A DNA stretch of 64,000 nucleotides from an uncultured Acidimicrobiales bacterium (GTDB lineage Bacteria; Actinomycetota; Acidimicrobiia; Acidimicrobiales; SZUA-35): positions 15,475 through 79,474 of the forward strand of contig CALAJV010000008.1 of NCBI GenBank assembly GCA_937922805.1. The letters are read 5' to 3'. The notes under the pieces are model-generated. The model saw nothing but the letters and a program-made list of their open reading frames with translations. It was not told where the DNA came from and did not search any database. The translations under genes were made by a program, and so were the position numbers. Each line of letters opens with the position of its first letter. The stretch's first letter is position 1. Shown here piece by piece: positions 18,666 through 26,816 of this stretch.

Positions 18666-18997
18666 ATTCAAGAAGAAGGGGGAGATCTACGCAAAAACTT
18701 GTGCTTTGCAACAGCGTTCTCACACGAACCCCCACGCTCCACCGCCGCAAACCCGCTCCACTAGCGGCAGATTGCAGTACACCTGAAGGAACTCGAACCA
18801 CTACCCTTCTAATCCGTAAATATAAGGCGGCTAGTTTCGGTGAGTGTGTGTGGTTGACCGTTGTTGTCTTTATGGCTGTTTTGGCTGAGTTTCGACGCAG
18901 GCGGGAACCCTATGGTCCCTGTTGTCGACCGCTCTTCCCGGTCGGATGTTCTCAGATTTGTTCTCATCGGTCGCAACCTTGGCCGTCGGAGCCGTAC

Positions 18998-19996
18998 TCA
19001 TTCGCATGCAACTCCGTCACCATCGCGATCAAGTCCGTAAATATCTGCCCCTACAACACGAACAGGACCTCGGACGTAGGCAGGTCCATTCCCTGACCCA
19101 CCGGCACAATCAACGTCGCTCGCAACGGGAACGCAGCCCGAGTAGTTCGGATCACAGCCGTTTGCCGTTGTTGGTGCTGCGGTAGTTGGCGGTTTGGTGG
19201 TTGGTGCAGCGGTAGTGGGTGCTGCCGTAGTGGTTGGTTCTGCGGTGGTTGGTGGTTTGGTGGCGGTAGTTGTCGCTAGTGTTGTGGTACTTGCTTTGGT
19301 GGATGAGGGGCTTGTGCGAGTTGAAGTCGTAGATGAAGCCCTCGTTGTTGTCGATGTCTCATCTGGTTGATCAAAGAAGGTCTCAATCTTTTGTTCATTA
19401 TCTTGCGGTTCGTTGGGTTGGTTAGCAACGGCCAAGAGTGCGAGGCCGCCGATTACGCCAAGACCAACGAGGTTTGCCTTGCGTCGACGCGACCTCGGGC
19501 GTCCTTTAGGTCCACTTGATTCCGACCCAATGCGAATCGATCCTGGCCTGACAAGGTCGGCTGATCTCGGCGGAGGTGGCTGCGAATAAGCCGATATTGG
19601 TGCACGGTTCTCCGCTGCCAGCTCTTGTTCGAACAGCGCTATGCGTTGCGCTTGATATTGGGCTCCCAGCTGGGCGGCGTACCGATCACAGTACATTTTG
19701 GCGGCTAGCACCGTCTTTTCGCCAACACCTGGAATTGCGGTAAGCGTTGCAACGCTTGATCTTTTAAGAGTCCATAGGTTGGTTACTCCTGCCCTCTTAA
19801 GTGCCGACAGGCGCAGGCCGTGGCCACTAAAAACATCGATAGAAGTCGTCGAGAGTGCATTTTGGACATCGTCTTGAGCGAGACGCAGAGCCTTGCGGCG
19901 CCTTGCTTGTTTTTTGGATTGAGCTCTAGCTTTTTCGAACATCGCTTCCGACGCCTTTATGTAATTACTCAAAGACACAATTGTACCAGGCGCCAA
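18998..19996 (-). CDS. Membrane protein with cytoplasmic helix-hairpin-helix region, Thr/Pro linker and extracellular Excalibur calcium-binding domain
   Basis: HhH-like 'LTAIPGVGEKTVLAAK'. Single TM helix 'LVGLGVIGGLALLAVA'. T/P/A-rich linker. C-terminal 'CDPNYSGCVP...DCAGGSGNGPAYV...YGLDRDGDGVACE' carries the Excalibur DxDxDGxxCE motif. Confidence 0.7.
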   Translation of the reverse strand: MAPGTIVSLSNYIKASEAMFEKARAQSKKQARRRKALRLAQDDVQNALSTTSIDVFSGHGLRLSALKRAGVTNLWTLKRSSVATLTAIPGVGEKTVLAAKMYCDRYAAQLGAQYQAQRIALFEQELAAENRAPISAYSQPPPPRSADLVRPGSIRIGSESSGPKGRPRSRRRKANLVGLGVIGGLALLAVANQPNEPQDNEQKIETFFDQPDETSTTTRASSTTSTRTSPSSTKASTTTLATTTATKPPTTAEPTTTAAPTTAAPTTKPPTTAAPTTANGCDPNYSGCVPVASDVDCAGGSGNGPAYVRGPVRVVGADIYGLDRDGDGVACE

Positions 19997-20193
19997 ATCG
20001 GCGCTGAATTACTAGGGTATTCGGCGCTTCGACGTCTATTCTTGAAGGGTGAGCAGAGTCCTCGAATCCCCACGGGTGCCGAACCCGTCACTGGAAATTG
20101 GTCGCCATAGCCAATGTCGATTATCGAGGGCTTTTGCAGTCATTGAGCGGCGTGTGGTGATTTGTTGGAATATCTCGCTAGTCGGGTATGAAG

Positions 20194-21633
20194 TTACTGT
20201 TCGATTGACAACGGTCTTGTCTCAGTTAGTCCAACCGATTCGGTTTGATCCGTCTCGTTCGAATTAGCAGTTAGATCGATCTCAGCGGAAATGGGAGAGG
20301 CCTCGGATTGGTCTTGTGCCGACACGGGAACTGGGGCTTTTGGCTGTGGTTCAGAGTCCTCATTAACAACGCGCTTAACTTTCGGTGTTGGAGCTACCCA
20401 GGGCGTTATATTCTGCAGCACATGTTCATAAAACGAGTCGACGGTCTGGTTTACTGTGTCGACGAACCCAGGTGAACGACCACCCGACTTGCGGTTCTGA
20501 CCGGCTTCACGGTGCAGAACTAAGCGGAACCGTTGAACGTCGCCTTTACCGTGGGGCAGAAGACATGTCGGATCTTGTTCGATAGCGGCGAGGTCTGCGG
20601 ACCTCGGCGTCCGTCCGTTCCTTTCGAAAGCTTCGATGACGAGATCACGAGGAGCTTCATTGATTTGTCGAGTCAACCATGTGACCGAACCCTTTCCCTT
20701 CTTTTCCTCAGGCGCGACGATCGTGCAATCGACAACTATATTCCTGGCTCTCATATCGGCGGTAATACCAATATCGCTTGCCGTACCCGGAACTCGAATA
20801 TCACCGGTAACGACTCCATCTGTTAGAAGCTGATCTCGAACCGTTTGCAGACGCGCTTTTGGGTCTTGCTGTGCTTTCGGCAGGAGCTGAGCTACTTCGG
20901 CTCCGGTTTCTGAACTCAATCGGAGGGCCAAGTGTCGAAGCAGCTCATCCCACTTGGTCGCAATGTCATCGAGACCGTCGGAACGTTTCGTTAGCGTTCC
21001 TTGTCGAGCCCCGTCGCGAATATCGACCCACGCTGGCCCCATATCTGAAAAGCCTGTGACCCCCGAAGCTGGGTGCTCCAAATAGCGAATTAGCTCGGCA
21101 AGTATCCACGACTGTTCCGGGTCATCGACACCGGCATGAACTTTACATTTGACAGCCTTAGACAGGATCTCGCTCCACGAGTAGTGATGGACCTTCACCC
21201 GCGAATTCGAGCGGACCTTCAGTCCCTCGGTTGGATGAGCGCCAGCGATGCCAATCTCGTTCGAGATCGATATTACCAAATCGGCTTCGACCTCTCGGGC
21301 GGCGTCGAGGTAGCTGTTGAGCTGTTTCGCGTCGAGCAAAGCACCGCCGGTCTTCACCTCTACGAGCGCTCGCCAAACGGTCTTGCCGTACTTGACAACT
21401 ACGAGTCCGTCCGGGCGAACGTTTCCGTCAGGACACTTAACCTCAACCTCAGTGAAGGTCTCGACGATTGCCTTCTCAGCCTTTGATGCACCTAGCGGAC
21501 CAAAGATTTCCCTTGAGAAGTCTCGAACGATACTCAAGACCGCAAGAGTTGCAGAGGTGGCACGCTGTTCTGCGTCAGCTTGTCCACCAACTCCGGTGGT
21601 CGGAATCAGTCTCGCCCGCTGCATTTCACTCAC
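20194..21633 (-). CDS. Hypothetical protein with N-terminal PD-(D/E)xK nuclease-like core
   Basis: The spacing 'E62..RPD75GLVVV..WRALVE92VK94TGG' fits a restriction-endonuclease-fold core (acid ... D ... ExK). About 380 aa follow with no recognisable domain, ending in an acidic/Ser-rich tail. The gene looks monocistronic. Confidence 0.5.
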   Translation of the reverse strand: MSEMQRARLIPTTGVGGQADAEQRATSATLAVLSIVRDFSREIFGPLGASKAEKAIVETFTEVEVKCPDGNVRPDGLVVVKYGKTVWRALVEVKTGGALLDAKQLNSYLDAAREVEADLVISISNEIGIAGAHPTEGLKVRSNSRVKVHHYSWSEILSKAVKCKVHAGVDDPEQSWILAELIRYLEHPASGVTGFSDMGPAWVDIRDGARQGTLTKRSDGLDDIATKWDELLRHLALRLSSETGAEVAQLLPKAQQDPKARLQTVRDQLLTDGVVTGDIRVPGTASDIGITADMRARNIVVDCTIVAPEEKKGKGSVTWLTRQINEAPRDLVIEAFERNGRTPRSADLAAIEQDPTCLLPHGKGDVQRFRLVLHREAGQNRKSGGRSPGFVDTVNQTVDSFYEHVLQNITPWVAPTPKVKRVVNEDSEPQPKAPVPVSAQDQSEASPISAEIDLTANSNETDQTESVGLTETRPLSIEQ

Positions 21634-21826
21634 TTGCTACCCCTTTGCCAGTTCGATTTGTAAGGACGCCATTGACCTTAGGGCCCTGCTTCGTTCGGTA
21701 CAAACGAAGCAACGCCTCATTGAACGTAAGTGATTTAGTATTGGACTTGTTGCGGACGGGTATGCCCAGACATGGCAAATGGCCCGATGGGCCGCATGTC
21801 GAAGAGCGTGGCGGTGGAGTTATGTC

Positions 21827-21958
21827 TCGAGATTTTTTCGATGGTTCTGGCAGTACGCTCTGGCGGCTTCGCTAGTGCGGTCCATTGCAGTTCCAACTAA
21901 CCTGTACAGCCATGTGACCCCAACGATGCAGCGAGAGGCTGCCGCACTACTGGGAGAT
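21827..21958 (+). pseudogene. Tyrosine recombinase (phage-type integrase) C-terminal relic
   Basis: 'RFFRWFWQYALAASL/VRSIAVPTNLYSHVTPTMQREAAALLGD' resembles the integrase C-terminus (R-F-H-D-L-R-H... / LGHSSIAVT.N.YSHV.P.MQ.EAA..L), including the catalytic-Tyr context 'YSHV'. The conserved HxxR box is corrupted and the whole N-terminal part is missing. Confidence 0.4.
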
Positions 21959-22309
21959 GCCGGAGTACTCGTAGTAGTTGGAATAGCGCTTAGCTTTTCG
22001 GTGCGATCCACCTATCGCTCAACGGCGCCAACCCCAACTGTTTACCGGACCAACACCAAGCTGATTCCGACCCTGACGACGCATAGAGTAACGGCGGGAT
22101 AAAGGCTCATGCTGTGAAGCGGTCGAAAGAGCTAGCGGCCGAAACACTCAGTTGAAGAACCGCTGCTCGAGCTAGCGAACGTTAGTCGCTGGCTTGCAAC
22201 TTCGGTGTCGTTGTTCGTGCAGGGTGCGAATTTGTGGGTTACAGTGTGCGGAATCGCAGCGCCGACAAATATCTACTAGCTGCCTCTTAGTCCCGTCGAG
22301 TCTAGTTAG

Positions 22310-23002
22310 TTGGGCGTCGGTAGCGCCGGTGGTGATGGGAGTCTCACGATGTTTTCATACCCCAGATTCGTTGTTGCTGGTTTGTTTACGTTGGGTTTGT
22401 TGTTGGTGGGTTGCTCATCATCGGGAGACGATGCGATCGATACAACTACGTCTCAGTCATTCCCAGATCTGTCGGAGTTCAACAAGCAAAACGAGGCGAC
22501 CACGACCTCCTCAGTTGTCTCGACCACAGCTGCACCAACGTTAGAAGAGGCAAAAGCCGAAATCGAAGTCTTCATGCACGACGAAAACCGGAAATTGCAC
22601 GAGTGCATCAATGTCGCGCGAGAATGTGACGCGTTAGTACAACTCGCGGAGATTCATATTGACCGCCAGCTTGAAGCAAGTATTGGCCTCGCAAATGACC
22701 TCGTCAGAGAAGGTCTTGAGATTCAGTCGCCAATTGATCCCACTCATGATCGATATGAGATTGAAGAGATTGACTTGCCCTCCGCCACTTCAACATCAGC
22801 AGTCGTGACTTTCTGTGACATCGATGGCCATATCGTCTATCAGCCTGGCGGCGCCCCAGACGGTACCGATTTGATAATCAACGACAAAGTTGTCTCACGG
22901 ATCAAAATCGCAAACCTAACAAGGAACACAGAAGGCCGATGGCGAGTTTCGGACTCAGTTGAGAGAGAACAGTTTCCGAACGGCGACGGTTGCGACCAAT
23001 GA
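22310..23002 (+). CDS. Putative lipoprotein (cassette copy A, gene 1)
   Basis: The likely start is the ATG at 22349 ('MFSYPRFVVAGLFTLGLLLVGCSSSGDD', lipobox LVGC). It has an 'AKAEIE' helix and a C-terminal Cys. Its architecture resembles 31194-31844. Confidence 0.6.
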   Translation: MGVGSAGGDGSLTMFSYPRFVVAGLFTLGLLLVGCSSSGDDAIDTTTSQSFPDLSEFNKQNEATTTSSVVSTTAAPTLEEAKAEIEVFMHDENRKLHECINVARECDALVQLAEIHIDRQLEASIGLANDLVREGLEIQSPIDPTHDRYEIEEIDLPSATSTSAVVTFCDIDGHIVYQPGGAPDGTDLIINDKVVSRIKIANLTRNTEGRWRVSDSVEREQFPNGDGCDQ

Positions 23003-23850
23003 GAACACTCAGGGGGACAACCGCCCTTCTCCTAGTTTCTCTATTTCTGCTTTCTGCAAATGAAGTCGCCGCTGATGTCACTGTGACTCCACCACCGAAG
23101 GAGTCGGCTGGGGGTGGTGGCAGTTCCTTCTTTTCGTTGGTTGAGCAGGGGGCGGTGAGCTTCAATAACGGTGGCTATAGCGGACCGCGTGAGGTGTGTT
23201 CTTGGGATCGGAACCCGACCGGTTCGTTCGGTACGCACTACGAGGATGAAGATACGTTTTTGGTGTACGGCCGATACGACTGCACAACATTGGCTGATGC
23301 GATTGTTCTTGTTCCGCTCGGCACACCGGAGCAAACAGTCCTCCCTTCTCTGCGTTCCTACATTGAACGTCAGATCGCTCCGCCCGAGCCGAAAATAACG
23401 CCGTTGCGTCCTCAGGGCTGGGTCCTGACCCAAGTCGCAATCGACTTTCGAACTTCCAGCGACTCATGGCAACCGATTGAGGCCACGGCTCAAATTGATG
23501 CTGGCCCAAATTCAGTTTGGGTCACTGCCGTTGCCCGCCCGTACCGTTTAGAGTTCACACCAGCCGATCCGCGTTATCCCGGCGAAACGGTGTCTTGCAC
23601 TGACGACGAAGCAGTCGCTTCGTACGACTGGGAAAATCCTGGCGCCTGTTCATACACATACAGAAATTCTTCAGCGACCGCCCCGAATGGCTCGGAGTTT
23701 GACGCCTCGTTTGCCACCCACTGGGAAACAACATTTCGAACGTCATCTGGTAGTACCGGAACCATCAACCTTGATGCGACAGTAACACCAAGACCTCTGG
23801 CGGTAGCCGAGGTTAAGGCATTCACCACCTGCGTCGGTAGTTCTTGCTGA
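22990..23850 (+). CDS. Secreted hypothetical protein (cassette copy A, gene 2)
   Basis: Signal peptide 'TALLLVSLFLLSANEVAA'. The start overlaps the upstream lipoprotein gene by 13 nt. The C-terminal half aligns by eye with 31876-32772 (conserved 'CTD..' and 'CS..(Y/F)R' Cys positions and a 'V.E..A' ending). Confidence 0.6.
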   Translation: MRPMRTLRGTTALLLVSLFLLSANEVAADVTVTPPPKESAGGGGSSFFSLVEQGAVSFNNGGYSGPREVCSWDRNPTGSFGTHYEDEDTFLVYGRYDCTTLADAIVLVPLGTPEQTVLPSLRSYIERQIAPPEPKITPLRPQGWVLTQVAIDFRTSSDSWQPIEATAQIDAGPNSVWVTAVARPYRLEFTPADPRYPGETVSCTDDEAVASYDWENPGACSYTYRNSSATAPNGSEFDASFATHWETTFRTSSGSTGTINLDATVTPRPLAVAEVKAFTTCVGSSC

Positions 23851-23977
23851 TCATCGAAGGAATAGTGGCCATGGATAGATTTGCCTGATGCCGGTCACCG
23901 AGTACGAGCTTGGTGCAGATCATGCGCAATGACACTCGGCCACCAAAAACCAGTCGGCTGAATGGCTAGCTCGTTGA

Positions 23978-24157
23978 GGTTACAGCGTTGAGCAGAACCC
24001 GACCCGAAGTGGTGGCTCGCTTAGCAGAGCAGATCTGACGGCTAGGGGTCTCAATCCCGACAGGAATCCTGACTACTTGATCAACGGCAAAGTATTTGAT
24101 GCGATTACGCCCTCTACAGCTAGCCCGAGCAGAATTGTCGGAGGGTGGTCGCCGTAA
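23978..24157 (+). pseudogene. Start-less relic of a polymorphic-toxin C-terminal (REase-fold/CdiA-CT-like) module
   Basis: This frame reads 'GYSVEQNPTRSGGSLSRADLTARGLNPDRNPDYLINGKVFDAITPSTASPSRIVGGWSP*'. It has no start codon and an in-frame stop at 23975. 'NPDYLINGKVFDAITP' resembles the 'PDylidG..fD.ytP' core of nuclease toxin tips. Its TAA overlaps the ATG of the next gene (TAATG). Confidence 0.35.
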
Positions 24158-25083
24158 TGGGTACTGAACGATATGTGAAATTACATACTGAGCTTTCTCC
24201 GGTAGAAGTTCTGGCGTTATTACCTGTCGATGACGCGTTTGGTTTCGAGAACGAGCCGATTCATCACGTTACAGGCACTCGTTCGTTGGTAGAAGTTCGC
24301 CAATCTCAACCGGAGTATGGCTGGGAATGTTTGTTTGGTATCGACTGGAACACCTCGATCTCCATCGAATACGAACGCGATGAAGATGTCCATTCGACCT
24401 CTGACCTGTTAGACGCTCACATCGGCGCACTTATAAAGGCATCGAAAAGGGGCTGGGTTCAACATCTGGATTTACCGATTTTGTATTGGACACAAAACAA
24501 GGTGGTCGTCACGAGCAATGAGAGCTATCACAAAATCGTGGCGCAGTCGTTACAAGAAGCTGGTATCCCTTTTGGGTTCGCAGACATGGACGCTAACTCC
24601 GGTGACATCGATCAGCTTCTTCGCGACCGTTGGGTTGATGACGTCTACCAGCGCCTAGGGTCTGGCCCTTACTTCAACACAGATGTAGCTGACCGGTGGC
24701 AGAAAAAGTGGTGGGGCTGGTGGGGATTTGCGATGCAACATCTCGGAGTCGAGGTCGGCCATGACAATATCGTCCACTTTCAAGACCCCAAGGCTGCTCC
24801 CGAACTACGACAAGAAGTTGTCCAGTATCTAAGATCTGCACAATATACGGTCACGTTCCAACAACCGGCAACCAAGTGCTCCTATTGCGACGAACTTGTC
24901 GGCCCCCACCACCAATGGGATGGCGTATGGCTGTGGGACGAAATATTGGCTCATCATGTCGAAGCGCACGACTTTATTGTTCCCAATGAGCTAGTTGACC
25001 GGATTCGCCTACTTGGCTCACCTCTACAGCTCGCACCAGTTGGACCACACACCAAACTCCCCTCGCCCAGCTCGCCGGAGTAA
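24157..25083 (+). CDS. Hypothetical cytoplasmic protein (candidate orphan immunity protein)
   Basis: The ATG at 24157 ('MGTERYVKLH...') overlaps the stop of the toxin-like relic. There is no signal peptide, and the sequence is Trp-rich ('KKWWGWWGFAMQH'). No known domain was recognised. Confidence 0.55.
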   Translation: MGTERYVKLHTELSPVEVLALLPVDDAFGFENEPIHHVTGTRSLVEVRQSQPEYGWECLFGIDWNTSISIEYERDEDVHSTSDLLDAHIGALIKASKRGWVQHLDLPILYWTQNKVVVTSNESYHKIVAQSLQEAGIPFGFADMDANSGDIDQLLRDRWVDDVYQRLGSGPYFNTDVADRWQKKWWGWWGFAMQHLGVEVGHDNIVHFQDPKAAPELRQEVVQYLRSAQYTVTFQQPATKCSYCDELVGPHHQWDGVWLWDEILAHHVEAHDFIVPNELVDRIRLLGSPLQLAPVGPHTKLPSPSSPE

Positions 25084-25357
25084 TACGTCGCGAGGCACGC
25101 CCGCCTAAGCCCCGACCACATCTGCTTTAACTCTCTAGTAGTTGAGTTTCGTGGTGGACCGTTCCGCAGAGGCTTCGACACACGATTCGAAACGAAGGCC
25201 TCGAAAACGCTGTCGACTTGAACAGCGTCCAAACACGGTTTGGTTGAGAGCTTCATCAACAATTTTTCTATTCCGGGAACTTTTCTGCCGATGTCGGTAT
25301 CCAAACGTTTTAGAGGCAACCTTGCCTTGCGTAACAAGATAAACGATCGGAATAACA

Positions 25358-25885
25358 ATGAACTCCCGGACCCTCAACCGAACCAGATCAACTGATCTCG
25401 CTCCAACTCCTCAGAAAATGAAGCCACCCAGGAGAAACACACCTCAACCACGTCGTGTCGGCGCCATTGTCGCCGTGGCCGCCATCGCCCTCCTAGCCAC
25501 AGCTTGCGGCTCAAGCGAATCGATCGACTCAGCAGGCGAAACGGCAAACAGCGTCTCGACCCAGCCCACATCAGCACCGGACCAAACTACATCAGCAGCC
25601 GAACAGCCCACATCAACCGAAGCCCAAGCCGCGTCAAGCGGTGTGGGTGGTATGGAGGTTGCCAATGCTGTTGGTGTGCTATTCGGAATGGCATATGGAC
25701 CGTGCGCGGCTGAAGCAGACGCCGTTTTGAAAGAGAACAAAACACTGGAACAAGGCGATGACGTTGAACCGATGCTCCAACTGCTCGATGATCTAACCGT
25801 GTGTCTGGAAGACAACGACGAACAAAACTACCTCTCTCACGTTGAGGTCTTACGAAAAGCAACGATCCAACTGGGTGAGTCGTAG
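25358..25885 (+). CDS. Putative lipoprotein
   Basis: Basic n-region, then 'AIVAVAAIALLATACGSSES' (lipobox LATAC), a Ser/Thr/Ala-rich linker and a small helical domain with 2 Cys. Confidence 0.55.
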   Translation: MNSRTLNRTRSTDLAPTPQKMKPPRRNTPQPRRVGAIVAVAAIALLATACGSSESIDSAGETANSVSTQPTSAPDQTTSAAEQPTSTEAQAASSGVGGMEVANAVGVLFGMAYGPCAAEADAVLKENKTLEQGDDVEPMLQLLDDLTVCLEDNDEQNYLSHVEVLRKATIQLGES

Positions 25886-25889
25886 CGAA

Positions 25890-26297
25890 ATGGGCGCATG
25901 GGCTGAAAACACGTTCGGAAACGACACTTCGTGCGATTGGATCGTTTCGTTCCTCAGCAACCCCGGGTTGGGTGCGGTCACGTCCGCTATCGAAGCAGTA
26001 GTCGGGTTTGACGGCTACCTTGATGGCCGCCGAGCCGACCAGTGCCTCGCCGCATGTGAGGTCATCGCACGCCTTCAAGGTAAATGGGGTGTGCGGAACT
26101 CGTTCAGCGAAAATCTAGATACGTGGGTGGAATCCAACCCGACGGATGTGCCAAACGAGCTCAAGGCTCTCGCCGATGCCGCTATCGAACGAATACTCGG
26201 CCCTGATTCTGAACTACCTCAGCTGTGGGACGGTGCAAGCCGGAATGACGATTGGCACAACGTAATTGATGATCTGCGGGCAAGAGTCAGCGGATAG
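25890..26297 (+). CDS. DUF4259 domain protein
   Basis: 'MGAWAENTFGNDTSCDW' is the characteristic DUF4259 N-terminus. The ATG at 25890 lies just after the stop of the previous gene. Confidence 0.7.
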   Translation: MGAWAENTFGNDTSCDWIVSFLSNPGLGAVTSAIEAVVGFDGYLDGRRADQCLAACEVIARLQGKWGVRNSFSENLDTWVESNPTDVPNELKALADAAIERILGPDSELPQLWDGASRNDDWHNVIDDLRARVSG

Positions 26298-26454
26298 CTC
26301 GCAAAACATCGACCGTCACGACGTTGCCGTGCCGGTCGGCTACCCCATACAGTCCCATGTGTTGCCGCCTCAGGCGGCAACCCCGAGTTTCGGCTCAGTC
26401 GAAACATCGTCAGCTACGGCTCATCGGGGTCCGAAGTTACCGCATAAGGTCCTC

Positions 26455-26775
26455 ATGAGCGATCCGAATCAACCCCCCGACATTCTCGTCGAACGAGACA
26501 AAGGTCTAACCGTCACTTTCGCTGACGACCTGACGGCTGAGTTTTCACTCATGCAGATCCGACTGGCCTGCCCGTGCGCAACGTGCCGAAGCCTACGCGA
26601 CGTGGACAACGACGTGTGGCCCCGGCCGGGAAGCCCACTTCCCCTTCGAATCGAAGACGCCGAACTACACGGGGCATGGGGCATACGCCTCACCTGGAAC
26701 GACGGGCATGGCACCGGCATCTACCCGTTCGAGCTACTTCGTGAATGGGCAGAGTCGCAACTGCATCAGCAGTGA
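26455..26775 (+). CDS. DUF971 (gamma-butyrobetaine hydroxylase-like N-terminal domain) protein
   Basis: 'LRLACPCATC' and 'GIRLTWNDGHGTGIYPFELLREW' are DUF971 hallmarks. The upstream part of the tracked ORF (26266-26454) is judged non-coding. Confidence 0.75.
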   Translation: MSDPNQPPDILVERDKGLTVTFADDLTAEFSLMQIRLACPCATCRSLRDVDNDVWPRPGSPLPLRIEDAELHGAWGIRLTWNDGHGTGIYPFELLREWAESQLHQQ

Positions 26776-26816
26776 CAAAGCTCCAATCCCAAAGATGCCC
26801 GAGCGGCGAACGGTAG

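Noticed and set aside
18781-18835. tRNA-like fragment on the minus strand ('...ggattagaagggtagtggttcgagttccttc...') with a GGTTCGAGT T-loop-like core.
   Set aside because: I could not fold acceptor, D or anticodon arms, and the T-stem pairs poorly. At most it is a degraded tRNA or att remnant, so it is not reported as a feature.
20058-20090. 'tcgaatccccacgggtgcc' resembles the tRNA-Lys 3' end 'tcgaatcccagcgggggca', so it is a possible attR.
   Set aside because: Only a 9-nt exact core plus scattered matches. A 9-mer match is expected by chance in 64 kb on two strands. It needs a computed alignment and comparative genomics before being called an att site.
23851-23977. Checked whether more of the toxin gene survives in other frames upstream of the relic (a frameshifted pseudogene).
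   Set aside because: All three plus-strand frames are broken by stops within 15-25 codons, and the short peptides show nothing recognisable. Only the 59-codon tip fragment is reported.
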